Source: an uncultured virus (IMG/VR IMGVR_UViG_3300011813_000035) (lineage: Duplodnaviria > Heunggongvirae > Uroviricota > Caudoviricetes). From it: a DNA stretch of 64,000 nt. This document shows, piece by piece, positions 50,689 to 59,449 of this stretch (within the stretch, counting starts at the first letter, position 1; each line of letters begins with the position of its first letter). A program made the position numbers and the translations under genes. Location of the stretch: positions 62,001 to 126,000 of IMG/VR virus record IMGVR_UViG_3300011813_000035; one strand, written 5' to 3'. A model generated the notes under the pieces. It was given only the letters and a program-made list of their open reading frames with translations, was not told the DNA's origin and searched no databases.

Positions 50689-51492
50689 TTGTTCAAAGAA
50701 GAAGTACGGAAGCAGGTACAATATCATTATGACAAACTGATCGAATTAGGTTATAACGTAGTAGGAGTTTTTCTCTATGGCTCACAAAATTATGAGTTGG
50801 ACTATGAAAAATCAGATGTCGATACAAAAGCTATTGTTTTACCAACCTTAAATGATATTGTTCTGAATAGGCAGCCAGTAAGCACAACAGTAGATATGGG
50901 AGATAATTGTCTTTGTGATGTAAAAGATGTTCGTAAAATGTTTGAGTGTTTCAAGAAGCAAAATATTAATTTTATTGAATTACTCTTCACAGAATATATC
51001 GTGTTGAATCCGATTTACAAAAGTAGATATCAACCTATGCTAGACAATGCAGAAATAATTGCAAGATATAACAATTATGCAAGTATAAACTGCATGTCAG
51101 GAATGGCGTTGGAAAAGTATAATGCGTTAACCCATCCATACCCAAGTATTATGTATAAGATTGAAAAATATGGCTGTGATCCAAAACAGTTACATCATAT
51201 TTTACGGATTAAAGATTTTATTGTTAGATACTGTGAAGGAGAAGAATATCGTACACTCTTAATTCCAAAGAACAAAGAAGAACTATTAGACGTTAAGGCA
51301 AATTATCATTATGAATTGGAATATTCTAAATCATTGGCAAAGTCAACGTGTGATTGGATTAAGGAATATAAAGATGAGTATATGAAAAATAATCCTGTTA
51401 AAATTGATGAACGGGCAGAGAATATTATGACAAAGGTAATGACGGATTTGATTACCTTCAGTATAAAACGAGAGGTAAACAACAATGGATAA
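50689..51492 (+). CDS. Pol-beta-superfamily nucleotidyltransferase
   Basis: YGSQNY......SDVD. Confidence 0.8.
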   Translation: MFKEEVRKQVQYHYDKLIELGYNVVGVFLYGSQNYELDYEKSDVDTKAIVLPTLNDIVLNRQPVSTTVDMGDNCLCDVKDVRKMFECFKKQNINFIELLFTEYIVLNPIYKSRYQPMLDNAEIIARYNNYASINCMSGMALEKYNALTHPYPSIMYKIEKYGCDPKQLHHILRIKDFIVRYCEGEEYRTLLIPKNKEELLDVKANYHYELEYSKSLAKSTCDWIKEYKDEYMKNNPVKIDERAENIMTKVMTDLITFSIKREVNNNG

Positions 51493-52378
51493 ACCTATAT
51501 TTAGGATTATGATAGGGCTTTCTGCATCAGGAAAGTCTACCGTTGCAAAAAAGATAGCAAATGAAGATGATTGCGTAATTATATCATCAGATAGTATACG
51601 AGGTGAAATATGCGACGGTGGAGTAATCGACCAAACCCAAAATGATGAAGTGTTTAGGATTTTTCATAAAAGAATTAAGGATAATTTGAGGTCTGGTAAA
51701 AATGTTATTGCAGACGCTACCAATATTAATATGAAGGCAAGGCGTAGCTTGCTTGAAAATGTAAAGAGCGCTGATTGCCATAAAATTGCCTACATAGTAC
51801 CAAAATCAGTTGAGAGGTGTATTGAGGACAATATTTATAAAGAATACCCAGTACCTCATCATGTAATCCAAAAGCAAATGATGAATTTTCAGATCCCTTT
51901 TTTAGAAGAAGGTTTCGATGAAATTCAGATACACAGGTTTAATAAAGAATATGAGTTAGCACTTACTGATCTTCAGATCAAAATGATTGGCTTTAATCAA
52001 AATAATCCTTATCATAATATGACGTTGAGCAATCACTGCACATATACCGGTTTATTATTTGCAGATAACTACGGAAGAGATTATAGGGACGCTGCCTATA
52101 TTCATGACATTGGAAAACTGTTTACACAGAAATTTGATAACAATGGTGTTGCACACTATTATCAACATGAAAATGTAGGTAGTTATTATCTGTTGAGTAA
52201 TTACAATAATCTAGATATTGACGAACAATCAATTTTAAATATGTGTTTTCTGCTAAACTACCATATGATGCCGATGTCGTGGGACAGTAATAAATCAAAA
52301 CTGAAATGGAAGAAAAGGTTTGGAGAATATAAATATCAGATGCTTTTAGACTTTAATGAGTGCGATAAAAGCCGATGA
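51485..52378 (+). CDS. Polynucleotide kinase-like P-loop domain fused to an HD phosphohydrolase
   Basis: GLSASGKST, DATN, HDIGK. Confidence 0.85.
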   Translation: MDKPIFRIMIGLSASGKSTVAKKIANEDDCVIISSDSIRGEICDGGVIDQTQNDEVFRIFHKRIKDNLRSGKNVIADATNINMKARRSLLENVKSADCHKIAYIVPKSVERCIEDNIYKEYPVPHHVIQKQMMNFQIPFLEEGFDEIQIHRFNKEYELALTDLQIKMIGFNQNNPYHNMTLSNHCTYTGLLFADNYGRDYRDAAYIHDIGKLFTQKFDNNGVAHYYQHENVGSYYLLSNYNNLDIDEQSILNMCFLLNYHMMPMSWDSNKSKLKWKKRFGEYKYQMLLDFNECDKSR

Positions 52379-52672
52379 ATTCTGTGTTTCAAAGAACAGT
52401 ACTCCCAGAATAGTAATTTGGCGATTGTTATTCTGGTCAACACAAGCACATAAATTCAGTCAATAAATTCATTGAAAACCTCAGAAATAGTTACTTTATA
52501 AGAGAATATACAGCTATACAACGGTTGAATATCATTATGTTTTACCGTTAAAACTCCGCTTTCATCTGGTGGTCGCGAACACTGGGTTTAAGCGCAACAA
52601 TAAAAAATAAGAAAGGTAAAACAGTAAATTCTAGGATAAAGAGAATGCGCATTCCCTGTATATAGGGAAAAT

Positions 52673-54136
52673 TTGAATACAGAAAATAAATGCGGAGCTT
52701 TAAAGACATGGGAGTTAGTAAACTTCTGTGAGTTTGATAAATATGCGGTAAAGAGTTATTGTGCGATACATAATGAATCAGAAGATAAGAACCTTGGTGA
52801 TATTACCAAAGTTGATGAAACAAAATTGAATACATTCAATATGGTTGTTGGTGGCAGTCCTTGCCAGGACTTTAGTGTTGCCGGTAAGCAGAAGGGATCT
52901 GTTTGGACTTGTAAGGACTGTGGAAGTGAATATAATCCACTAACGGTTCATTGGAGTAAAAGAAATACATGTCCACATTGTAACAGCGAAAATCTTGATA
53001 AATCGCGTTCTTCTTTGCTTGTAGAATGGCTTCGAGTTATTAGGGGGAACAGACCAAACTTTGGTATCTATGAAAATGTAAAGAATATTGTGGGAAAGCA
53101 GTTTAAAGAAACTTTTAAAATGTTTACGGATGAATTAATAGAGTATGACTATGATGTCTATTGGAAAGTTCTTAACGCAAAAGATTATGGTGTTCCACAA
53201 AATAGAGAACGAGTTTACCTCATCATTATTAAAAAAGAATTTGATAATGGAAAGTTTAAATATCCAACTCCTTTTGATAACGGTATAAGATTGAAAGATA
53301 TATTGGAAGATGATGTAGATGAGAAATATTATATTTCAGAAGATAAAGTAAAGAAATTTTTGAATAACTTGACCTTTAATGTTACATCAGATGAAAACAA
53401 TCCGAAATTCTTAGGAAATATCAATAGACCTGACTTTGGAACTGGATATGCTGGTGGTGTCTGGGATATAAAAAATATATCACCAACTCTTACAACCATG
53501 CAAGGCGGAGGTAGACAGCCACATATTATTACATCATTGGTTTCAAATAAGGGTGAGAAATTTGAAAGAGAAACTGAAGTAGCTAACACTTTATTGGCTA
53601 GAGATTACAAAGGTTTTGGTAATCAAGCAATGAATGCGGTAATTGAAAGAAGTAATCATTCAACCATCGCAGTAAAACAAGCTACAAAAAAAGGCTACAT
53701 CGAATGCGAAATCGGAGGAGTTGCGGATTTATCATATCCAGACAGTAAAACAAGACGCGGAAGAGTACAAGATGGTGGCATGATTTCTCCAACAATAACA
53801 GCTACAGAAACCGGAATTTGCAGAATTGAAAGCCAAATTAAAATAAGAAAATTGATTCCTCTTGAATGTTATAGGCTAATGGGATTTTCAGATTCAAATT
53901 TTAAAGCTGCCGAAAAGGTAGTTAGCAACAGCCAATTATACAAACAGGCTGGTAACAGTATCGTCGTAGATGTTTTATATTACATATTAGTCGAACTATA
54001 TAAGGCAATGCCATATTTATTCAATGACTTAAAACTAGGAAGCTATTTTTCGGGAATTGGTGCATTTGAAACCGCTTTAGATAGACTGTTTGAAGGTATT
54101 AACTCTGGAAATTTTACGCAACCACAAGTGGATTAA
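52673..54136 (+). CDS. DNA (cytosine-5) methyltransferase, circularly permuted, with TRD-like repeats
   Basis: PCQ, ENV, QNRER and KQAGNS motifs; motif I FSGIG sits at the C-terminus. Confidence 0.9.
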   Translation: MNTENKCGALKTWELVNFCEFDKYAVKSYCAIHNESEDKNLGDITKVDETKLNTFNMVVGGSPCQDFSVAGKQKGSVWTCKDCGSEYNPLTVHWSKRNTCPHCNSENLDKSRSSLLVEWLRVIRGNRPNFGIYENVKNIVGKQFKETFKMFTDELIEYDYDVYWKVLNAKDYGVPQNRERVYLIIIKKEFDNGKFKYPTPFDNGIRLKDILEDDVDEKYYISEDKVKKFLNNLTFNVTSDENNPKFLGNINRPDFGTGYAGGVWDIKNISPTLTTMQGGGRQPHIITSLVSNKGEKFERETEVANTLLARDYKGFGNQAMNAVIERSNHSTIAVKQATKKGYIECEIGGVADLSYPDSKTRRGRVQDGGMISPTITATETGICRIESQIKIRKLIPLECYRLMGFSDSNFKAAEKVVSNSQLYKQAGNSIVVDVLYYILVELYKAMPYLFNDLKLGSYFSGIGAFETALDRLFEGINSGNFTQPQVD

Positions 54137-54444
54137 ACTCTGCTTGTGGAGATCAACCAGTATTACTAGGTGGAGTTGGAGAAATAAACTTTGGGAAGCA
54201 ATATAGGCAAGGAAATAGGATTTATGATTCAGACCATATTGCAATGTGCCTATTATCTCAGCCGGTGGGGAATACAGGAGGATACAGTTATTTGTACGCA
54301 GTATATGAACCAATTTGTGTAGCTATGAGAGGTAGATACAACGAAGATGGGAAGATTCGGCAACAATTAGAACTAAGACATGATGGTCTGACTAACACGC
54401 TTACCACTGTAACAAAAGATAATCTTGTCTTAGAACATATATGA
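54109..54444 (+). other. Probable programmed -1 frameshift site and TRD-like extension of the methyltransferase
   Basis: In-frame A_AAT_TTT (54109-54115), 6-nt spacer, hairpin 54122-54149; the -1 frame is open to 54444. Confidence 0.7.
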
Positions 54445-54483
54445 AATTAAAGATTTATAGCTAGATAGAATAGGAGAACGAGA

Positions 54484-55068
54484 GTGAAAAGTAGTATAAA
54501 TTATAGCAATTATATTGGAAGATATTTCAAGCAAAACAAAGACATCAACCACCTTGTGTTTAAAATACTTGGCTATGATGGTAGATACTTTAGAGCAGAG
54601 CAGTATTATTTAGCATTGGGCTATAGCGTAAGACAAGAAAATTGTGGCTATCAAGTCTCTTTTTTAGATGCAGATAATTTTGAGGAAATAACAGAGAAAG
54701 AATTTATGGGTATAGTTAGCTTATGTGATCGTCCATATATAGTCAAATATGACGAAAATGATAAACCTACCTTTTATAATGTAGATGGTAAACCTATTTT
54801 TAAACATATGAAAAAGGAGGATTTTAAAGTGACAAAAAAGTATATGCTTGGTGTTTCTAAAAACGGAATTAGCAGTTTTATATACGAAAAGGGTAGTGAG
54901 TATCTAAAGACATTCGAAAATTATAATCAAGCTTTAGAGGAAAAGAAAAAATTAGGTGACTATGATGATGTGTTTATATACTGTACAAAAATCTATATGC
55001 CCAAAAGACTTATTCAAATTTTGTTTAGTATTTTATGCAATCTTAAAAGATTGAATTTGAAAGAATGA
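54484..55068 (+). CDS. Hypothetical protein
   Basis: AGGAG RBS; bounded by palindromes at 54442 and 55058. Confidence 0.6.
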   Translation: MKSSINYSNYIGRYFKQNKDINHLVFKILGYDGRYFRAEQYYLALGYSVRQENCGYQVSFLDADNFEEITEKEFMGIVSLCDRPYIVKYDENDKPTFYNVDGKPIFKHMKKEDFKVTKKYMLGVSKNGISSFIYEKGSEYLKTFENYNQALEEKKKLGDYDDVFIYCTKIYMPKRLIQILFSILCNLKRLNLKE

Positions 55069-55133
55069 TTTCTTTGGTATCTTCAATACATAAAAATAAT
55101 TACACCTATATAATGGTGTAATTATAATCATGA

Positions 55134-55427
55134 TTATTTAATAGTAGATAAAGAATATTGAAAGACAGGCATTAATGTATCGTCCTTATAAAGACCAAGG
55201 CTACTTTTAAAGTTATTCTGATTTTCTTTGCATGAAATAAGTGAGTCCTGAGTAATTTCATTATTGTCGTTTAAAACAATACAAATATGGCCATTTTGAT
55301 AACCATCAAAAGTCCAGGTAAAGAAGTATTTATTATCATCAAGCTTATCAAAGACTAATTCGAACTTTGATAAATTGTCCATGATTTTCTTACCGGTTTT
55401 CACAGAACCGTTTAATCGCATAGGCAT
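55134..55427 (-). CDS. Hypothetical protein in an inverted moron
   Basis: Own TTGACA-N17-TATACT promoter (55479-55451), GAGGTGA RBS, hairpin at ~55098-55122. Confidence 0.75.
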   Translation of the reverse strand: MPMRLNGSVKTGKKIMDNLSKFELVFDKLDDNKYFFTWTFDGYQNGHICIVLNDNNEITQDSLISCKENQNNFKSSLGLYKDDTLMPVFQYSLSTIK

Positions 55428-55647
55428 TTAATCACCTCTTTTTTATTTAAAGTATAAACCCAATATTTGCTCATGTCAATAAAATATGATTTCAGAATAA
55501 AAGGAGAAGATTAAAAAGAGAATACATGATTGAAAACTAAGAATATTAAATTAGGTTTACCAGAGTTAAGATTACAAGTGTTGAGTTATGTTGTGTTGGG
55601 ATAACAAAATAAGCTATTAAATGACGATTTCAAAGGAGGATAAATAA

Positions 55648-56778
55648 GTGAGCGAGTGCTACGAATTAACACTAACACAAAATTACGTTTCAGATTGGAC
55701 GTTTTGCGATGCAATTAGAGAACTTATTCAAAATGGCACAGATCAAGAAATATTAGATAATAGTAATGATTTTTCTATAAACTATGATTACAAAAATGAA
55801 ATATTAAGATTTACTAATTCTAAGTCAAAGCTAAGTATTAATACTTTACTATTGGGTAAAAGCAGTAAGAGTGACAATGACGATACAGTAGGACAATTTG
55901 GCGAAGGTTACAAGATAGCCGCACTTGTTTTGAATAGATTAGGAAAAACTTTTACAGTTTATAATAATGAGAAAAACGAAGTGTGGAAATCAAGTTTTAA
56001 AAACAGTGAAAAGTGGAGAGAAAAAATACTCTCATTTTATATTGAAAAATCTCCTACTAAGGACAAGGGACTAGTCATTGAAATTGGTAATGTGAGTAGT
56101 AGGGAGAATAATGATTTATATGACGTATGGCTTGGCTTCTATGACTTTGATGAATCTGAAAGAATCGAAACCACGTACGGAGACATTCTTTTATCAGAAG
56201 ATTTTAAGGATAGGATATTCGTAAATGGACTATCAATAAATTGTACTGAAGAAATGAAATATGGATATAATTTCAAGCCCAAATATATAAAGCTTGAACG
56301 TGACAGGAAAACGTGTGATAGCTGGCAAGCCAGGGATACAACATCGTTAATGATTGCAGAAGCCATGGTAAGAGGAAAAATGGAAATAGAAACTGTTAAA
56401 AGAATGGTCGAGAGTAATGTAAATGATGTTTACAATATGGATTTTAATGGTTACGAAAATAATGTAGTTGAAGTAAAGAATATGCTTATCTCAGAATTTG
56501 ACAAACAAAATCCTACATTATATTCAATACCTGTACAATCACAAGAGGATATCAATAAGGTTAAGGCGTATGGTGGAAATCCAGTAGTCGTGCCATCAAA
56601 GGTAGCGTCCTTACTAAAGCGAGAGACTGAAAAGAGAATAAATGAATTAGTTTCTCTCCCAGTTGAAAAGACACTTTCCCTAAGAGAAAAATTTCAGAGA
56701 TGGTATGATATTTACGCTAATAAGCTTGATACAACGCCTAAAAGTGAGTTGTCAGGATTGATTAATGAGATCCAGTAA
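55648..56778 (+). CDS. GHKL (HATPase_c) ATPase
   Basis: ELIQN..D, GKSSK, GQFGEGYK. Confidence 0.8.
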   Translation: MSECYELTLTQNYVSDWTFCDAIRELIQNGTDQEILDNSNDFSINYDYKNEILRFTNSKSKLSINTLLLGKSSKSDNDDTVGQFGEGYKIAALVLNRLGKTFTVYNNEKNEVWKSSFKNSEKWREKILSFYIEKSPTKDKGLVIEIGNVSSRENNDLYDVWLGFYDFDESERIETTYGDILLSEDFKDRIFVNGLSINCTEEMKYGYNFKPKYIKLERDRKTCDSWQARDTTSLMIAEAMVRGKMEIETVKRMVESNVNDVYNMDFNGYENNVVEVKNMLISEFDKQNPTLYSIPVQSQEDINKVKAYGGNPVVVPSKVASLLKRETEKRINELVSLPVEKTLSLREKFQRWYDIYANKLDTTPKSELSGLINEIQ

Positions 56779-56799
56779 TATTGTTGATAGGAGAAAATA

Positions 56800-57135
56800 A
56801 TGAAAACATATATTGATAATAACGTAAAAATTAATGGAAATGATTTCACTGACTACGACAGAGCTATTGAATACATAGGTAAAATAATGAAAAGAAATAA
56901 AAGTTATATATATCAATGTGATTACTGTGGCAAAAATTGTAAACATACTCCGGAGTTCATCCTTCCAGTCATTAAGTCAATTGAAACCTGTGCATATGGA
57001 GGACATAGAGGAGCTAAGTTGGCAACTGCTGTAGGAAGTATAATGGATAATGAACAGAGAGATATTTGTCCTAGTTGTCAAAAGAAACTTGCAAGGTTGG
57101 CGAGTTTGATACCTAATGTCATTCTTACGGAATGA
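56800..57135 (+). CDS. Zinc-finger hypothetical protein
   Basis: CDYC...CPSC. Confidence 0.65.
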   Translation: MKTYIDNNVKINGNDFTDYDRAIEYIGKIMKRNKSYIYQCDYCGKNCKHTPEFILPVIKSIETCAYGGHRGAKLATAVGSIMDNEQRDICPSCQKKLARLASLIPNVILTE

Positions 57136-57167
57136 AAGAGAGGTTTCATGACGGAAGGAGGGTATAC

Positions 57168-57449
57168 ATGTTCATTGAATCAGGAGAAGAAAGGGTATTG
57201 AAACCAATAGATATTGCATATATGACAGGAAAATCTAAAACACCGATCGATTATGATTTTAAAACTGAAAAAGAAATCTTGGATAATCTCGTGGCTGCTT
57301 GGAACGCATTTGTGAAACTTCCGGTTACTCACCCGATGGAATTAGGAGATTTTTGTGATGGAATACATAGATGTCAGTACGTGTTAATGGCGAGAGAAGC
57401 TAGGAGAAGCAGACCGGATATTTATCCTTTTAAAGAAAAAAATGAATGA
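57168..57449 (+). CDS. Hypothetical protein (start moved to ATG 57168)
   Basis: AAGGAGG RBS; bounded by palindromes at 57133 and 57458. Confidence 0.65.
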   Translation: MFIESGEERVLKPIDIAYMTGKSKTPIDYDFKTEKEILDNLVAAWNAFVKLPVTHPMELGDFCDGIHRCQYVLMAREARRSRPDIYPFKEKNE

Positions 57450-57491
57450 TTAACAGATAAAAGCGATGTTTCATGACAGAAAGGAGTTTTA

Positions 57492-57935
57492 ATGTTTAAT
57501 AAGTATTACACGGAAAACCACAAAACTACCAATAATACAACAAATATTTTTAATATTCCAGATGAATATATAATACATCATCGAAATCAAAATGATGATA
57601 TTGATAGACTTAAATACTACATCGAAAATGCAAGTGCTGTTGATAGTTGCGCGATATGGCTAGATGTTTTATATCCAATAACAAAGAAAATAAAGGATAG
57701 TGTAACTAATTATATCATGAGGGATTACAAAGGGGAAGAACATACTTTAACGATTTCCGTAAGTGAACCACAATTTGTCACGGCTCTTTCAATCCCAAAA
57801 ACAAGAGATTCGATGAGCGTAATTAGTAATAGTATACGAACACAGTTTAACATGAACAATTACATAATGGTAAATACGGATATATTTAACGGTGATTTTA
57901 AGATTGTAATTAGATTATTAGGTCGGATAGAATAA
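57492..57935 (+). CDS. Hypothetical protein
   Basis: AAGGAG RBS; bounded by palindromes. Confidence 0.65.
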   Translation: MFNKYYTENHKTTNNTTNIFNIPDEYIIHHRNQNDDIDRLKYYIENASAVDSCAIWLDVLYPITKKIKDSVTNYIMRDYKGEEHTLTISVSEPQFVTALSIPKTRDSMSVISNSIRTQFNMNNYIMVNTDIFNGDFKIVIRLLGRIE

Positions 57936-57960
57936 TACATTCAATTAAGAGGGAGATAAA

Positions 57961-58209
57961 ATGTTAAATATTTTTAAAAAAGGTCATGAAACGCTTACAT
58001 CTGATATTGATACATGGGTAGTTAGATGGAATAGGAGATATGGAGATTTTAGTGGAAGTTATGAGAAAACAGCACAATTTTTTACAGATAAAAGTGAAGC
58101 TCTTAGATTTCAAGAAGAATTAAAACGTGCCATTAAATTGTTAGGACATACCGCGTCTCACTTAACAGATGTACGGTGTGAAAGAGTTAAGAAAAACAGT
58201 TGTGAATAA
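57961..58209 (+). CDS. Hypothetical protein
   Basis: GGGAG RBS; bounded by palindromes. Confidence 0.65.
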   Translation: MLNIFKKGHETLTSDIDTWVVRWNRRYGDFSGSYEKTAQFFTDKSEALRFQEELKRAIKLLGHTASHLTDVRCERVKKNSCE

Positions 58210-58244
58210 AACAAACCTTTCAAATAGAATGGAGGTGATTTTAA

Positions 58245-58576
58245 ATAGAAGGAGCGTGTAGTAACCAAGTTGTAAAATGCATTATTTATACTAATGATTT
58301 AGAACTGGGAAGAAGTAAACTGAAAGAAATTGAAAAAGATAAAGGGTCACAGGAATTTATATCATTAAGAAGATCAGATCCCAGTATAACAACGAGACAA
58401 TATTCGATGACGGAGAAGAATGGATCACAGTAAAGCCTAACAATGGAGCAAGGGGATATAGGTGGAGAAAAGCATGGATAGATGTCAAGACCCCTTATGA
58501 ACAGCTTACAACATGTGTGCTACCATATGGAGATTGGTATAGGTGGGAAGATCCAAAGTATTTTAATTGGGATTGA
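58245..58576 (+). pseudogene. Frameshifted hypothetical gene (or sequencing error)
   Basis: GGAGGTGA RBS plus ATA. Two overlapping frames (58245-58433 and 58343-58576) fill one palindrome-bounded unit. Confidence 0.45.
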
Positions 58577-58757
58577 AATCAACATTTGAAAGGAGAAAAT
58601 TACGTGAGCAAAGTTAGGTTGGCTGGTATGAGAGTAGGAACTACCGGAATCCTGGGTGCTGTTTTGAATATGTGTAACAAAGGAAAGAGTGTCTCTGACA
58701 TTAAAACGTTCTGTGAAACATCATTAAATTTAGACGGTATGAAGGAGGATAAATAAT

Positions 58758-59027
58758 ATGGAATTAAATGAATATTGGTCTGCACAAGCAGTGGAGGAAT
58801 ATAAAAGCATGTTGTATGAACAGAAAATGCAACACTATGGTTTAGCCTGTGAATTACAGGCACCACACGTAATTCATAATGCAGAAATAAAACAAGATGG
58901 AGATATGTGGTGTTGTATTTTGGGTGATCTGCCTACGGGTGTCGTCGGATTTGGAAAAACTCCGAAAGAAGCATGTGATGAGTTTGATATAGTTTGGCAC
59001 GAAGGATATAAGACAACCAAACAGTAA
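58758..59027 (+). CDS. Hypothetical protein with a HicB-like C-terminal motif
   Basis: AAGGAGG RBS; 'GVVGFGKTPKEA'. Confidence 0.6.
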   Translation: MELNEYWSAQAVEEYKSMLYEQKMQHYGLACELQAPHVIHNAEIKQDGDMWCCILGDLPTGVVGFGKTPKEACDEFDIVWHEGYKTTKQ

Positions 59028-59045
59028 ATTGAAGGGAGATGCAAA

Positions 59046-59378
59046 GTGGAACAAAGTAGGAATAGGGTTAAAAAATTAAACGATACTTCAGACTACAAGT
59101 ATGCGGCAAGACAATATAAAGATTATTCAATAGCGAAAGAAATTGAGTCGGATCTTAAAGTAATGGTATATGCGATTTTGGGGAGTAAAAAAGATATAGA
59201 CGTTCAAAGCTCAAAGACCCCAAGTTGTTTTGGAGTCGTAGGGAAGGAACCTAAATATTATTGGTTTGCCTATATCAAGCCAGGTGGTTATATGTTCTTA
59301 GCAGAGTCTGAAATCGAATTATATTGTAACATCATTGCTAAAATTGTTGGGAATAGACTGTATATACCATTCAGTTAA
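59046..59378 (+). CDS. Hypothetical protein
   Basis: GGGAG RBS. Confidence 0.6.
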   Translation: MEQSRNRVKKLNDTSDYKYAARQYKDYSIAKEIESDLKVMVYAILGSKKDIDVQSSKTPSCFGVVGKEPKYYWFAYIKPGGYMFLAESEIELYCNIIAKIVGNRLYIPFS

Positions 59379-59424
59379 TAACGTTAAAACGGAAGTTTTA
59401 TAGCTCAACAGGTGACAAGGTAAA

Positions 59425-59446
59425 CAAAAAAGGCGACATGATCGCC
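59425..59446 (-). terminator. Intrinsic terminator of the RT operon
   Basis: GGCGA-loop-TCGCC followed by T6 on the - strand. Confidence 0.7.
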
Positions 59447-59449
59447 CAA

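Noticed and set aside
52557..52612. Possible preQ1 or SAM riboswitch before the methyltransferase
   Set aside because: A hairpin and A-rich tail are present, but I could not match the conserved ligand-binding nucleotides; needs an Rfam search
54244..54444. 66-aa ORF as an independent gene
   Set aside because: No RBS; the frame is open back to the slippery site and TRD-like sequence begins before its ATG
58330..58360. Programmed frameshift in the split ORF at 58245-58576
   Set aside because: No correctly phased slippery heptamer after the -1 frame stop at 58340; a mutation or sequencing error is more likely
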